The position numbers and the translations under genes were made by a program. Positions 10,801 through 19,314 of a stretch of 64,000 bases of DNA are shown here, piece by piece (the stretch's first letter is position 1; the number at the start of each line of letters is the position of its first letter). The stretch comes from an uncultured Flavobacteriaceae bacterium (GTDB lineage: Bacteria; Bacteroidota; Bacteroidia; Flavobacteriales; Flavobacteriaceae), in NCBI GenBank assembly GCA_943789225.1, contig CALSTH010000003.1:103395-167394 (forward strand), in the 5' to 3' direction. Under the pieces are notes generated by a model. It was given only the letters and a program-made list of their open reading frames with translations. It did not search any database and was not told where the DNA came from.

Positions 10801-11006
10801 CCTGGAACTCCAGTCACTGCTGCAGAACGGCCTCCTCGAAAAGGACCTATAGAACGGTACTCTAGAGATTCATAGGTGCTATCTGGATAACTAACAGTAG
10901 CCTTTTTGTTTTTTCGTTTCGATTGCGCATCGGCAGGTTGTAAAGCAACAAAGAATAGTATAAAAGCGATATATAGGAAATGGGGATGGCGAACTAGTTT
11001 TTTCAT
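7869..11006 (-). CDS. secreted BNR/sortilin(VPS10)-like repeat protein ('glycosyl hydrolase BNR repeat' type)
   Basis: 1045 aa, signal peptide, many SxDGGxTW-type BNR motifs (TEDGGQTY, SIDGGKSW, SEDGGASW, SKDGGKTF), helical C-terminal region of about 230 aa. Confidence 0.85.
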   Translation of the reverse strand: MKKLVRHPHFLYIAFILFFVALQPADAQSKRKNKKATVSYPDSTYESLEYRSIGPFRGGRSAAVTGVPGKPNLFYFGAAGGGVWKTEDGGQTYENISDGYFGGSIGSVAVAKSDPNVLYVGGGEVTVRGNVSSGYGIWKTVDAGKTWSFSGLPKSRHVPRIVIDPNDHNIVYAAVLGNIYKPTQERGVYKSIDGGKSWKKVLFSNANAGAVELVMDPSNSRVLYAATWRVNRTPFSLNSGGEGSALWKSTDQGENWTEVSVHDGFAEGTLGIIGVTVSPVNPQRVWAIVENKDEGGIYRSEDGGASWSHINDSRALRQRAWYYSKIYADTQDEDIVYVMNVSYHKSKDGGKTFKSSNAPHGDHHDLWIAPEDNQRMIIGDDGGAQVSYNGGMSWSTYYNQPTAQFYRVTTDNATPYRIYVAQQDNSTLRVKHRSSGRAISEDDWEPTAGGESAHIAIDPLDNDIVYGGSYGGYLTRVNHKNNSERGINVWPDNPMGYGAEGMKYRFQWNFPIHFSKHNPKKLYTFSNHVHVSENEGQSWEIISPDLTRNAPEKLKSSGGPITQDNTGVEYYCTIFAVDESPLQEGLMWVGSDDGLLHLTRDGGKNWENVTPSIMPKWLMINSIDASPFDPSVSYVAGTLYKTGDFKPYLYKTTDYGKTWTQITNGIPSEHFTRVLRADPAKKGLLYAGTETGMYISHDDGASWNPFQLNLPIVPITDLTLKENSLIVATQGRSIWILDDLTVLHQIDQSTASQPMTLFQPKDSYRTQGRGGKPSLTQGTNLPNGVIVHFNVKEFDSENDTVALHFKEQDGTLIKTFSTADEENKLEINAGGNSFVWDTRYEGAETLEGMIFWSASFSGAKAVPGSYKVVLEKNGATQEYDFNILPDHSADITVAQMKSQFDFVNRVNTTVDEAHKAIKNIRTIREKLEDFESNYADNESVSELIEDAKTLSTSLSDIEKALYQTKNRSNQDPLNFPIRLTNKLGHLNRLVTNNDFPPTDQDEAVRKEMTTLVEGHLAEYNKLISEDLERFNEAFAKLNLDYLTLN

Positions 11007-11067
11007 AAATTGTTTTAAATGTAAAAACTAAAAGTAAAAATTTAATCCTAATCAGCCTAAGGAAAAT

Positions 11068-12417
11068 TTAAGCTTTCTCAATAAGTTCTTTTCGCACAGC
11101 TTTATTTAAAAAATAAATGGTGACCAAAGTGGATAACAAATCTGCAAGAGGAAACGCCATCCATACCCCAGTTACCCCATAATAAGGAGGGAGTAAGAAA
11201 AGTAAAGGAATAAAGAAAAATCCTTGACGACTCAAGGTCAGTAACAAGGCGGGGGTAGCACGCCCAATAGCTTGAAAATACGCTGCTCCAATAAGTTGAA
11301 TTCCTATGATCGGCAAGGCCATAAAGACATAGCGCAACGCCACTGGAGTTTGCTCAGAGATTTCTAAATCATCTGAAAAAATTTGGGGAATCGATTCTGA
11401 AAAACTAAAAATTAAAATAAAAATAAGTGTCGCTAAAATACTGGCATACGTAATCGAGATGTTGATTGTCTTGCGAACCCGTTGCCAGTTCTTCGCTCCG
11501 TAATTGTATCCTGCGATGGGTAGAAATCCTTGGGTAATTCCAAAAATAGGAAAGGTGGCAAACATGAGCATTCGACTGAGGATGGCATAAACCGTAATCG
11601 AGGCTTCTCCGCCAAAAGAAAACAGAATATTGTTGACTAAAAGAACTGTAATACTCACCATAGCCTGCCGAACCAAGGTTACCGAACCCAAAGAAGCGAT
11701 CTGTTTCACCAGATCTTTACGAAGCACAAAAGACTGAATTGAGGGCTTGAGAATTGATTTTCCAGAAAGAAAAAAATAAAGAATATACGCAGCGCAAACA
11801 CCATAAGATAAGGTCGTGGCCCACGCAGCACCCATCATTCCCCAACCCATAACTTTTATAAAAAGATAATCCAATATCAAATTGGATACGGAGGGCAACA
11901 ACATGGCGTACATGGCATTTTTGGGCTTTCCTTCTGCTCGAATTGTATTGTTGGCCATCATACAGAAAGCCAAAACAGGAACCCCATACATCACAATCAC
12001 GTAGTAGGTTTTTGCATAGGCAAATAGCCCTCCTTTTCCTCCAAAGAGGGGGATGATTTGATCCACAAAAGTCAAACCAAAAACAACCACCAAGACCGTG
12101 AGACCTAAAGTAAGTGTAATTTGATTTCCAAAAGTTGTTACCGCTTTAGAATGATTTTGTTCTCCTAAACTTCTCGAAATAATGGAAGCACCTCCTATTC
12201 CTATAGACATCCCCAAGGCAGCAATAAAAAAAGAAACTGGCAAAACCACATTGATGGCTGCTATGGCATTGGATCCAATCCACTGACCAACAAAAATAGT
12301 ATCAATCAGGATATTTAAGGACATCACCAAAATTCCAATGCCCGCTGGAATGGCTTGTTGGATGAGCAATTTCGGTATGGGAAGACTTCCTAAAAGTTCT
12401 GTGGAAGAGTACTTCAT
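11068..12417 (-). CDS. MATE-family efflux transporter
   Basis: 12-TM MATE-like sequence. ATG at 12417-12415 overlaps the hemH TGA (ATGA overlap). The track's upstream extension to 12441 lies inside hemH. Confidence 0.85.
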   Translation of the reverse strand: MKYSSTELLGSLPIPKLLIQQAIPAGIGILVMSLNILIDTIFVGQWIGSNAIAAINVVLPVSFFIAALGMSIGIGGASIISRSLGEQNHSKAVTTFGNQITLTLGLTVLVVVFGLTFVDQIIPLFGGKGGLFAYAKTYYVIVMYGVPVLAFCMMANNTIRAEGKPKNAMYAMLLPSVSNLILDYLFIKVMGWGMMGAAWATTLSYGVCAAYILYFFLSGKSILKPSIQSFVLRKDLVKQIASLGSVTLVRQAMVSITVLLVNNILFSFGGEASITVYAILSRMLMFATFPIFGITQGFLPIAGYNYGAKNWQRVRKTINISITYASILATLIFILIFSFSESIPQIFSDDLEISEQTPVALRYVFMALPIIGIQLIGAAYFQAIGRATPALLLTLSRQGFFFIPLLFLLPPYYGVTGVWMAFPLADLLSTLVTIYFLNKAVRKELIEKA

Positions 12418-13454
12418 TCGGCGCTTTGCTTGTACGCCCATTCATCGATCCATCTACTGAGTACATTCACCCACTCCTCTCGGTCATTTATACAAGGAAT
12501 AACGTGCAAATGCTTTCCACCTTTTTCTTCAAAATCTTCTGAAGCTTCCATACCAATTTCCTCCAGTGTTTCTAGACAGTCCGAAACAAATGCAGGGGTG
12601 GCAATCGCCAATTCTTTTGTCCCGTTTTTTGCAAATTGTGCCACCGTCTTGTCTGTGTAGGGCTTCAACCAAGAACCCAGTATGGAAACCCGTGATTGAA
12701 AACTGGTCGAATAACTTCCTTCTTTTAATTCCAAATATTCCGCTACTTTGACTGACGTCATTTCACACTGGTGGCGATAACAATAAGCATGCGCTGGAGA
12801 CTCCTCTGAAAAACAACATTTCCCATCCATTTTACAATGGGATTTGGTCACATCGGATTTGCGAATATGCCGCTCGGGAACCCCGTGATAGGAAAACAAT
12901 AAATGCTCCCAATCTTTTCCCTGGAGGGCCTCTTGAATAGAATTGCCCAACACCCGAATATAATCGGGATGATTATAAAATGGAGGCAGTGAAGTAAGCT
13001 CCATTTCAGGAAAATGTGCTTTCTGAAGCTGTTCTGCTAAAACCAAAATGGTCTCTGTAGTTGCCATGGCAAACTGGGGGTACAAAGGAACCAAAAGCAC
13101 TTCGGTAACCCCTTGTTGCTGTAAAACTTCCAACCCCTTTTTGATGGTCGGGTTTCCGTATCGCATGGCCAAGGCCACAGGAACAGAAACTTTTTTCTGA
13201 ACTTTTTCTTGTAATTTTTCAGAGAGTACAATGAGGGGTGAACCCTCCTCCCACCATATTTTTTGGTAGGCTTCTGCCGATCGTTTGGGACGGGTTTTTA
13301 AGATGATTCCTTTGACCAAAAAAGTGCGAAACCACTTGGGCAAATCAATCACCCGTTCGTCCATTAAAAATTGATCTAAATACTCCCTAACGTCACTGGT
13401 AGTTGTGCTATCTGGAGACCCCAGATTGACAAGTAAAACTCCTTTCATTTTCAA
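12414..13454 (-). CDS. hemH: ferrochelatase
   Basis: 346 aa. LLVNLGSPDS N-terminus and FSYHGVPERH catalytic His region. Confidence 0.9.
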   Translation of the reverse strand: MKMKGVLLVNLGSPDSTTTSDVREYLDQFLMDERVIDLPKWFRTFLVKGIILKTRPKRSAEAYQKIWWEEGSPLIVLSEKLQEKVQKKVSVPVALAMRYGNPTIKKGLEVLQQQGVTEVLLVPLYPQFAMATTETILVLAEQLQKAHFPEMELTSLPPFYNHPDYIRVLGNSIQEALQGKDWEHLLFSYHGVPERHIRKSDVTKSHCKMDGKCCFSEESPAHAYCYRHQCEMTSVKVAEYLELKEGSYSTSFQSRVSILGSWLKPYTDKTVAQFAKNGTKELAIATPAFVSDCLETLEEIGMEASEDFEEKGGKHLHVIPCINDREEWVNVLSRWIDEWAYKQSAE

Positions 13455-13458
13455 TTTT

Positions 13459-14340
13459 TTACGAAGATACAGAACCTAAATATTTCTTGGGAGTAGTTCC
13501 GTATTTCTTTTTAAAAGCAGCAATAAAATGACTGGAAGTACTATAACCTAGTTTAAGACCAACTTCGTTGACATTGTATTTTTGAGAGTTTAGCATTCTC
13601 CTTGCCTCCTCCATTTTGTAATCCAGTAAATACGCAAAGACCGTCTCTCCGTAAATTTGTTTAAATCCCTCTTTAAGTTTTTTGAGTGACAATCCAATCT
13701 CAAGTGCTAAGGCTTCAAGGGAAGGGGGATCGGTCATCCGCTCCAGAATAATCTGCTTCGCCTTTCTGATTTTTTGAACATTTTCTTCATCCACTAGAAA
13801 AGGACATTGCTCCACAGAGGGATCTTCGCTTTTATTAAAATACAAACTCAAAAGTTCATACGCTTTCCCCTTAAAATAGAGGGACTTCATACTGTCGTGT
13901 ACTTTTGCTTGTAATATTTGACTTAACACTACCGCAATAGAAGAAGAAAAAGGCAAATTGTCATAATATTTTCTAGTGCTGTTCTCGAGGCTTAAAAATG
14001 AAATGTGGTTTGCATCGGTTGAAAAAAGTGAGTGGAACTTGGCTATGGAAATTAAAATACTGACCATCCAAGTGTCAGGAGCCAACTCAACATCTATGGG
14101 TAGCGCTTTTAAAGGATTATAAAGCAACATGGAATGGTCTTCCAAAACCTGAAAGGTATAGCGCCCCTCATTAAAAGTAAAATTTGTTTGTCCTTTTAAA
14201 CAAAAATGAAATTGAATTACATCTTGATTTACCTCCTGTTGTTTTCGCAAGGGGACTTCTCCATCATTTTTAAAACGCAGCACAAAAAAACCCGAATTAA
14301 TTTCAGATTGATAAAATGAACTTATACCGTTATTTTTCAT
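13459..14340 (-). CDS. AraC-family transcriptional regulator
   Basis: C-terminal double HTH (LALEIGLSLKKLKEGFK...GYSTSSHFIAAFKKKYGTTP). 4 nt upstream of hemH and divergent from hemA. Confidence 0.85.
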   Translation of the reverse strand: MKNNGISSFYQSEINSGFFVLRFKNDGEVPLRKQQEVNQDVIQFHFCLKGQTNFTFNEGRYTFQVLEDHSMLLYNPLKALPIDVELAPDTWMVSILISIAKFHSLFSTDANHISFLSLENSTRKYYDNLPFSSSIAVVLSQILQAKVHDSMKSLYFKGKAYELLSLYFNKSEDPSVEQCPFLVDEENVQKIRKAKQIILERMTDPPSLEALALEIGLSLKKLKEGFKQIYGETVFAYLLDYKMEEARRMLNSQKYNVNEVGLKLGYSTSSHFIAAFKKKYGTTPKKYLGSVSS

Positions 14341-14486
14341 AGTTTACACATTTTAGAATTTTTTTACAAAAATTTAGAAAAGTTAAACAAAAATAGGTCT
14401 TTTAATGATTTTATTAAAACCTTCATTTAAAACTTTCTCTGCTATTTTAAAACTTTTCAGCGTTACTTTTTCTGACGCTAGACTCT

Positions 14487-14494
14487 TATTTTTG
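14487..14494 (+). promoter_or_regulatory. candidate Bacteroidota -7 box (TATTTTTG, consensus TAnnTTTG) for the hemA string
   Basis: Exact match to the TAnnTTTG pattern, 32 nt upstream of the preferred hemA ATG. Motif match only. Confidence 0.3.
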
Positions 14495-14525
14495 TGCCAG
14501 AATTTGATTGATAATAGAAATGGAA

Positions 14526-15755
14526 ATGAACCGTTTTTTTGCGGTAGGGGTGAGCTATAAAACAGCAGATATCGATCTTCGGGGTTGTTTTAGTCTTAAT
14601 GATTCGCAACTTCATGCTTTGTTTTTGGAGGCTAAATCATTGGACATCAAAGATTTATTGGTTATCAATACCTGTAATCGGACTGAGCTCTACGCTTGGA
14701 CCAACAATGCAGAATGTTTGGTGGAGTTGCTTTGCAACCACACAAGTGGGGATAAAGTTTTTTTCGATCAAGCAGGCTATCGATTGTCAAACGAAGCGGG
14801 AATTCACCATTTATTCCGTGTAGGCACAGGGCTTGAAAGTCAAATTTTAGGAGACTTTGAGATCATTAGCCAAATCAAAAAAGGATTTTACCGCTCTAAA
14901 AAAATGGGTCTCGCTCAGGGGCCAATGGAGCGATTGACAAATGCCGTGATTCAAGCGAGTAAACAGATCAAAACAGAAACTGAGATTTCCAGCGGTGCCA
15001 CTTCAGTTGCCTTTGCCTCGGTCCAGTACATTCTAAAACATGTAGAATCCATTTCTGAGAAAAACATCCTTCTCTTCGGTACAGGTAAAATCGGGACAAA
15101 TACCTGTGAAAACCTCGTAAAACACACCCAAAACGATCATATTGTATTGATCAACCGTACCCAAGAACGCGCGGAAAAAATCGCAGGAAAATTTCCAGTT
15201 CGTGTAAAACCTTTCGGTGCTTTGACCTCCGCCATTCACGAAAGCGATGTGTTGATTGTCGCTACAGCAGGTCAATATCCGACCATCACTACCGATTTAA
15301 TTCACAGCTCAAAACCCTTGCTCATTCTGGACCTTTCCATTCCCAGAAATGTAGCAGCACAAGTCAACGATTTGGAAAATGTAACTGTGGTCCATCTGGA
15401 TGAACTTTCACAAATCACAGACGCTACTTTTGAAAAACGCAAAAAATACATCCCCAAAGCCGAAGCTATTTTAGAAGATGTAAAGTCTGAATTTATGGCT
15501 TGGCTAGAACACCGGAAATACATTCCAGCACTGAATGCTTTTAAAGAGAAAATAGCGCTTTCTAAAAAAGAAAAACAAGAAGTTGAAAACTACATCAACA
15601 ACTGTTTTGGTTTTCAAAGAAAACAAAAAATTGCTCAAAAAATTACAGGTCAAATTGCTGCTTACCTAAGAGAAAACCCACATCAAGCAGACGAAACCAT
15701 TGAGCTGATTTCTAATATTTTCCAACTAGAATCTGAGAAATTTCCCCAAAGATGA
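14526..15755 (+). CDS. hemA: glutamyl-tRNA reductase
   Basis: FAVGVSYKTA start region, catalytic NTCNRTELY, NAD-binding GTGKIG. I prefer ATG 14526 (MNRFF) to the TTG at 14508. Confidence 0.9.
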   Translation: MNRFFAVGVSYKTADIDLRGCFSLNDSQLHALFLEAKSLDIKDLLVINTCNRTELYAWTNNAECLVELLCNHTSGDKVFFDQAGYRLSNEAGIHHLFRVGTGLESQILGDFEIISQIKKGFYRSKKMGLAQGPMERLTNAVIQASKQIKTETEISSGATSVAFASVQYILKHVESISEKNILLFGTGKIGTNTCENLVKHTQNDHIVLINRTQERAEKIAGKFPVRVKPFGALTSAIHESDVLIVATAGQYPTITTDLIHSSKPLLILDLSIPRNVAAQVNDLENVTVVHLDELSQITDATFEKRKKYIPKAEAILEDVKSEFMAWLEHRKYIPALNAFKEKIALSKKEKQEVENYINNCFGFQRKQKIAQKITGQIAAYLRENPHQADETIELISNIFQLESEKFPQR

Positions 15756-16657
15756 TTCGCATTGGTACACGAAAAAGCGCTTTGGCTTTGCGGCAAGCGA
15801 ACCAAGTCAAAAAAGGTTTAGAGAAATTGGGTGAAGAATGCACCCTTGTTCCCATTGAAAGTAGCGGTGATCAAGATTTAATTCAGCCTTTGTACCGCAT
15901 GGGCATTCAAGGCATCTTTACCAAAAGCCTGGACCGCTCACTTTTAAACCAAACTATAGATCTTGCTGTACACAGCCTTAAAGATGTTCCTACTGAATTA
16001 GCTGAGGGCATTGAAATCTCAGCCTGTCTAAAACGAGGCAGCGCACGAGATGTCGTAGTACATCATCCTAACTTTTCTGACTGGACGCAAAATTCGGTGA
16101 TCGGAACGGGCAGTTTGAGACGTACGGCTCAGTGGCTTCGAAAATACCCCCATCACAAAACGGAAAACCTGAGAGGGAACCTTCAAAAACGCCTAGAAAA
16201 ACTCGAAGCCTCCCGATGGGGAGGAGCTATTTTTGCCCAAGCAGGTTTGGAACGGATTGGTTTGTTGAAAACGAACTACTCTGTTTTAGACTGGATGTTG
16301 CCTGCTCCTGCTCAAGGCATTATAGGAATTGCCTCGCTGAAAGAGGACTCGATCTTGTCGAAAGTCATTCAAGAACTGAATTGCAAAGAAACGGCACTCT
16401 GTGCTGAAGTAGAGCGCACATTCTTAACTACTTTGGAAGGAGGTTGTACTGCACCCATTGGTGCATATGCTTTTGTCAAGGATCAGAATGTTCACTTTCA
16501 CGGAGGATTGTTTTCACTAGACGGAAAACAGGCTCTAGAACATCAAACAGAATCACACCTAGATCAAGCTGCTAACTTGGGAAAAAAAGCAGCACTCCAT
16601 ATCTTGGAAAAAGGCGGTAAAGAACTGATGCAACAAATAAAAAGGGAATTGAAATGA
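15752..16657 (+). CDS. hemC: hydroxymethylbilane synthase (porphobilinogen deaminase)
   Basis: RIGTRKSALALRQA N-terminus, cofactor Cys region EGGCTAPIGAY. 4-nt overlap with hemA. Confidence 0.92.
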   Translation: MIRIGTRKSALALRQANQVKKGLEKLGEECTLVPIESSGDQDLIQPLYRMGIQGIFTKSLDRSLLNQTIDLAVHSLKDVPTELAEGIEISACLKRGSARDVVVHHPNFSDWTQNSVIGTGSLRRTAQWLRKYPHHKTENLRGNLQKRLEKLEASRWGGAIFAQAGLERIGLLKTNYSVLDWMLPAPAQGIIGIASLKEDSILSKVIQELNCKETALCAEVERTFLTTLEGGCTAPIGAYAFVKDQNVHFHGGLFSLDGKQALEHQTESHLDQAANLGKKAALHILEKGGKELMQQIKRELK

Positions 16658-17331
16658 GACTGCTTGCAACGAAATTAGTCAGTCCCCATTTTAAAGATCG
16701 CCTGATCCAGCTGGGTATGTCTTTAATCACCTATCCCTTTATCCAAATAGAACCGCTTACTACCTCTGTTTTTGGAGTTCAATCTTCTTTACTTTTTACC
16801 AGTCAAAACGCCGTAAAGCTCGCCTTTGAATCGGAGGAAATAAAAGAGCAAATTCAAGGAAAAAATTGTTTTTGTGTGGGAGCAAAGACCAAATCACTTT
16901 TGGAAGAAAAAGGTCAAAAAGTGATCAAAATGTGTGAAAATTCGTTAGAATTAGCTCAATTTTTGGTAAAAAACCACAAAAATGACTCGTTTTCGTTTTT
17001 TTGTGGAAAGCGAAGACGACCCGAAATTGAAACTGTTTTGGAACAACACAAAATACGTTTGGAAGTTCACGAACTTTACCAAACCCACTTCACTGCCAAA
17101 CATTTTGAAACGCATTTTGACGGAATCCTTTTTTTTAGTCCTTCTGCAGTAACCAGTTTTTTTATTAAAAATAATTGGCCAGTCGGCACTCATGGGTTTT
17201 GTATCGGAACCACAACCGCTGCGGAATTAGAAAAATACACCTCCGAATTTAGTACAGCAAAACAACCCAGTGAAAGTCATCTTTTAGTAACCTTACACCA
17301 CTATTACAAACAACACTATGTTAAAAAATGA
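16654..17331 (+). CDS. hemD: uroporphyrinogen-III synthase
   Basis: 225 aa, HEM4-like size and position between hemC and hemE. Overlaps both neighbours. Sequence conservation is weak, as is usual for HemD. Confidence 0.8.
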   Translation: MRLLATKLVSPHFKDRLIQLGMSLITYPFIQIEPLTTSVFGVQSSLLFTSQNAVKLAFESEEIKEQIQGKNCFCVGAKTKSLLEEKGQKVIKMCENSLELAQFLVKNHKNDSFSFFCGKRRRPEIETVLEQHKIRLEVHELYQTHFTAKHFETHFDGILFFSPSAVTSFFIKNNWPVGTHGFCIGTTTAAELEKYTSEFSTAKQPSESHLLVTLHHYYKQHYVKK

Positions 17332-18340
17332 TCTTTTTTTAAGAGCGCTTAAAGGCGAACCTGTAAGACGTCCCCCCGTGTGGATGATGCGTCAAGCGGG
17401 CAGGTACCTTCCTGACTTTATGACGCTCAAAAACAAATACGACTTCTTTACCCGTTGTAAAACTCCGGAACTCGCTACAGAAATCACCCTCATGCCCATT
17501 GACCAAATAGGGCCAGATGCGGCCATTTTATTTAGTGATATTTTGGTTGTACTCCAAGCCATGCAAATCCCTGTGGAAATGAAAGATGGTGTGGGCCCTT
17601 GGATTCCTAATCCCATAAAATCGCAAGCGGATGTAGATCAAGCCATTGTTCCTGATATTCATGAACATCTAGGCTATGTGATGGAAGCCATCAAAATGAC
17701 CCAAAGCGAACTGAACGAACGCGTCCCGTTGATCGGATTTGCAGGTTCCCCTTGGACTTTGCTATGCTATGCCGTTCAAGGACAAGGCTCCAAAACTTTT
17801 GACAAAGCTAAAGCCTTTTGCTTCAGTCAACCGGAAGCAGCACATGCCTTACTACAAAAAATTACAGATACCACTATTTCATATTTGAAAGAAAAAGTGA
17901 AATCCGGAGTTCATGCCGTACAACTTTTTGACTCTTGGGGAGGGCTACTTTCCCCAGACGATTACCAACTCTTTTCTTGGCCCTATATCCAGCAAATCGT
18001 CACCGCGCTCAAGGAAGAAATACCGGTGATTGTATTTGGAAAAGGCTGTTGGTTTGCTCTTCACGAAATGGCAAAATCAGGAGCTTCCGCACTAGGAGTG
18101 GACTGGACCTGTTCTGCGAGAAATGCCCGCTATCTGTCTGGAGGACAAATAACCCTTCAAGGGAATTTCGATCCCGCACGACTGCTTTCACCCATTCCAG
18201 AAATTACTGAAGCGGTGTACAAAATGATCAATGAATTTGGTAAAGACCGCTATATCGTAAATCTGGGACATGGGATTCTTCCCAACATTCCTATAGATCA
18301 CGCCAAAGCGTTTGTAGATGCTGTAAAATCATACTATTAA
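17318..18340 (+). CDS. hemE: uroporphyrinogen decarboxylase
   Basis: [16 protein letters not shown] signature, 340 aa. Confidence 0.92.
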   Translation: MLKNDLFLRALKGEPVRRPPVWMMRQAGRYLPDFMTLKNKYDFFTRCKTPELATEITLMPIDQIGPDAAILFSDILVVLQAMQIPVEMKDGVGPWIPNPIKSQADVDQAIVPDIHEHLGYVMEAIKMTQSELNERVPLIGFAGSPWTLLCYAVQGQGSKTFDKAKAFCFSQPEAAHALLQKITDTTISYLKEKVKSGVHAVQLFDSWGGLLSPDDYQLFSWPYIQQIVTALKEEIPVIVFGKGCWFALHEMAKSGASALGVDWTCSARNARYLSGGQITLQGNFDPARLLSPIPEITEAVYKMINEFGKDRYIVNLGHGILPNIPIDHAKAFVDAVKSYY

Positions 18341-18351
18341 TTCTTTTCCCA

Positions 18352-19254
18352 ATGAAAGAGTCCTTTTACGAATACATCCAAAATCTGCAAGATACCATTA
18401 CCCAAGCGCTGGAGGCTATAGACGGAAAGGCACGTTTTAGAGAAGATTTGTGGGAACGCCCAGAAGGAGGCGGAGGTCGTACTCGGATCATTGAAAATGG
18501 AAATGTGATTGAAAAAGGAGGTGTGAATATTTCTGCCGTACACGGACCGCTTCCAAAGAGTATGCAAGAATATTTTAAAGTAAAAGACGTCGATTTTTTT
18601 GCCTGTGGCTTGAGCTTAGTAATCCACCCGATCAACCCGATGGTTCCCACAGTGCATGCCAATTGGCGCTATTTTGAAATGTATGACGAGAAGGGAAATA
18701 CAGTAGATCAATGGTTTGGCGGAGGACAGGACCTCACTCCCTACTACCTCTTTGAAGAAGATGTGCGCCATTTTCACCAAACCTGTAAAACCGTATGTGA
18801 CTCATTTCATACTGATTTGTATCCTGATTTTAAACAAAAATGTGATGCGTATTTTTTTAATAAACACCGAAACGAAGCACGAGGAGTGGGAGGACTTTTT
18901 TTTGATTACCTCAAAGAAGAAGGTTCCTTTAGTTTAACGGATCGTTACGATTTTGTCACAGCGGTAGGTAATTCATTTTTAGAGGCCTATACTCCCATTT
19001 TAAAAAAACGCAAGGATCTGCACTATACTCCTGCTCAGCGTAATTGGCAAGAAATTAGAAGAGGGCGTTATGTAGAATTCAACCTGGTTAACGACAAAGG
19101 GACACTTTTTGGCCTGCGTACCAATGGACGAATTGAAAGCATTTTGATGAGTCTCCCTCCAAAAGTTCAATGGCATTACGACCACCAGCCTGAAGAAGGA
19201 AGTGAGGAAGCAAGGCTTTTGGAAGTGTTGAAATCGCCCAAAAACTGGGTGTAA
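18352..19254 (+). CDS. hemF: oxygen-dependent coproporphyrinogen III oxidase
   Basis: WERPEGGGGRTRIIENGNVIEKGGVNIS and RRGRYVEFNL motifs, 300 aa. Confidence 0.92.
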   Translation: MKESFYEYIQNLQDTITQALEAIDGKARFREDLWERPEGGGGRTRIIENGNVIEKGGVNISAVHGPLPKSMQEYFKVKDVDFFACGLSLVIHPINPMVPTVHANWRYFEMYDEKGNTVDQWFGGGQDLTPYYLFEEDVRHFHQTCKTVCDSFHTDLYPDFKQKCDAYFFNKHRNEARGVGGLFFDYLKEEGSFSLTDRYDFVTAVGNSFLEAYTPILKKRKDLHYTPAQRNWQEIRRGRYVEFNLVNDKGTLFGLRTNGRIESILMSLPPKVQWHYDHQPEEGSEEARLLEVLKSPKNWV

Positions 19255-19314
19255 AAAGCAATTTTAAAATGAAAAAGAAAATTTTGTACTTTAAATAGCT
19301 AATCAGGTATTGCC

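Noticed and set aside
14461-14480. Possible operator palindrome (TCAGCGT...TGACGCT) upstream of hemA.
   Set aside because: The two halves are not reverse complements of each other (rc of CAGCGT is ACGCTG). The apparent symmetry is superficial.
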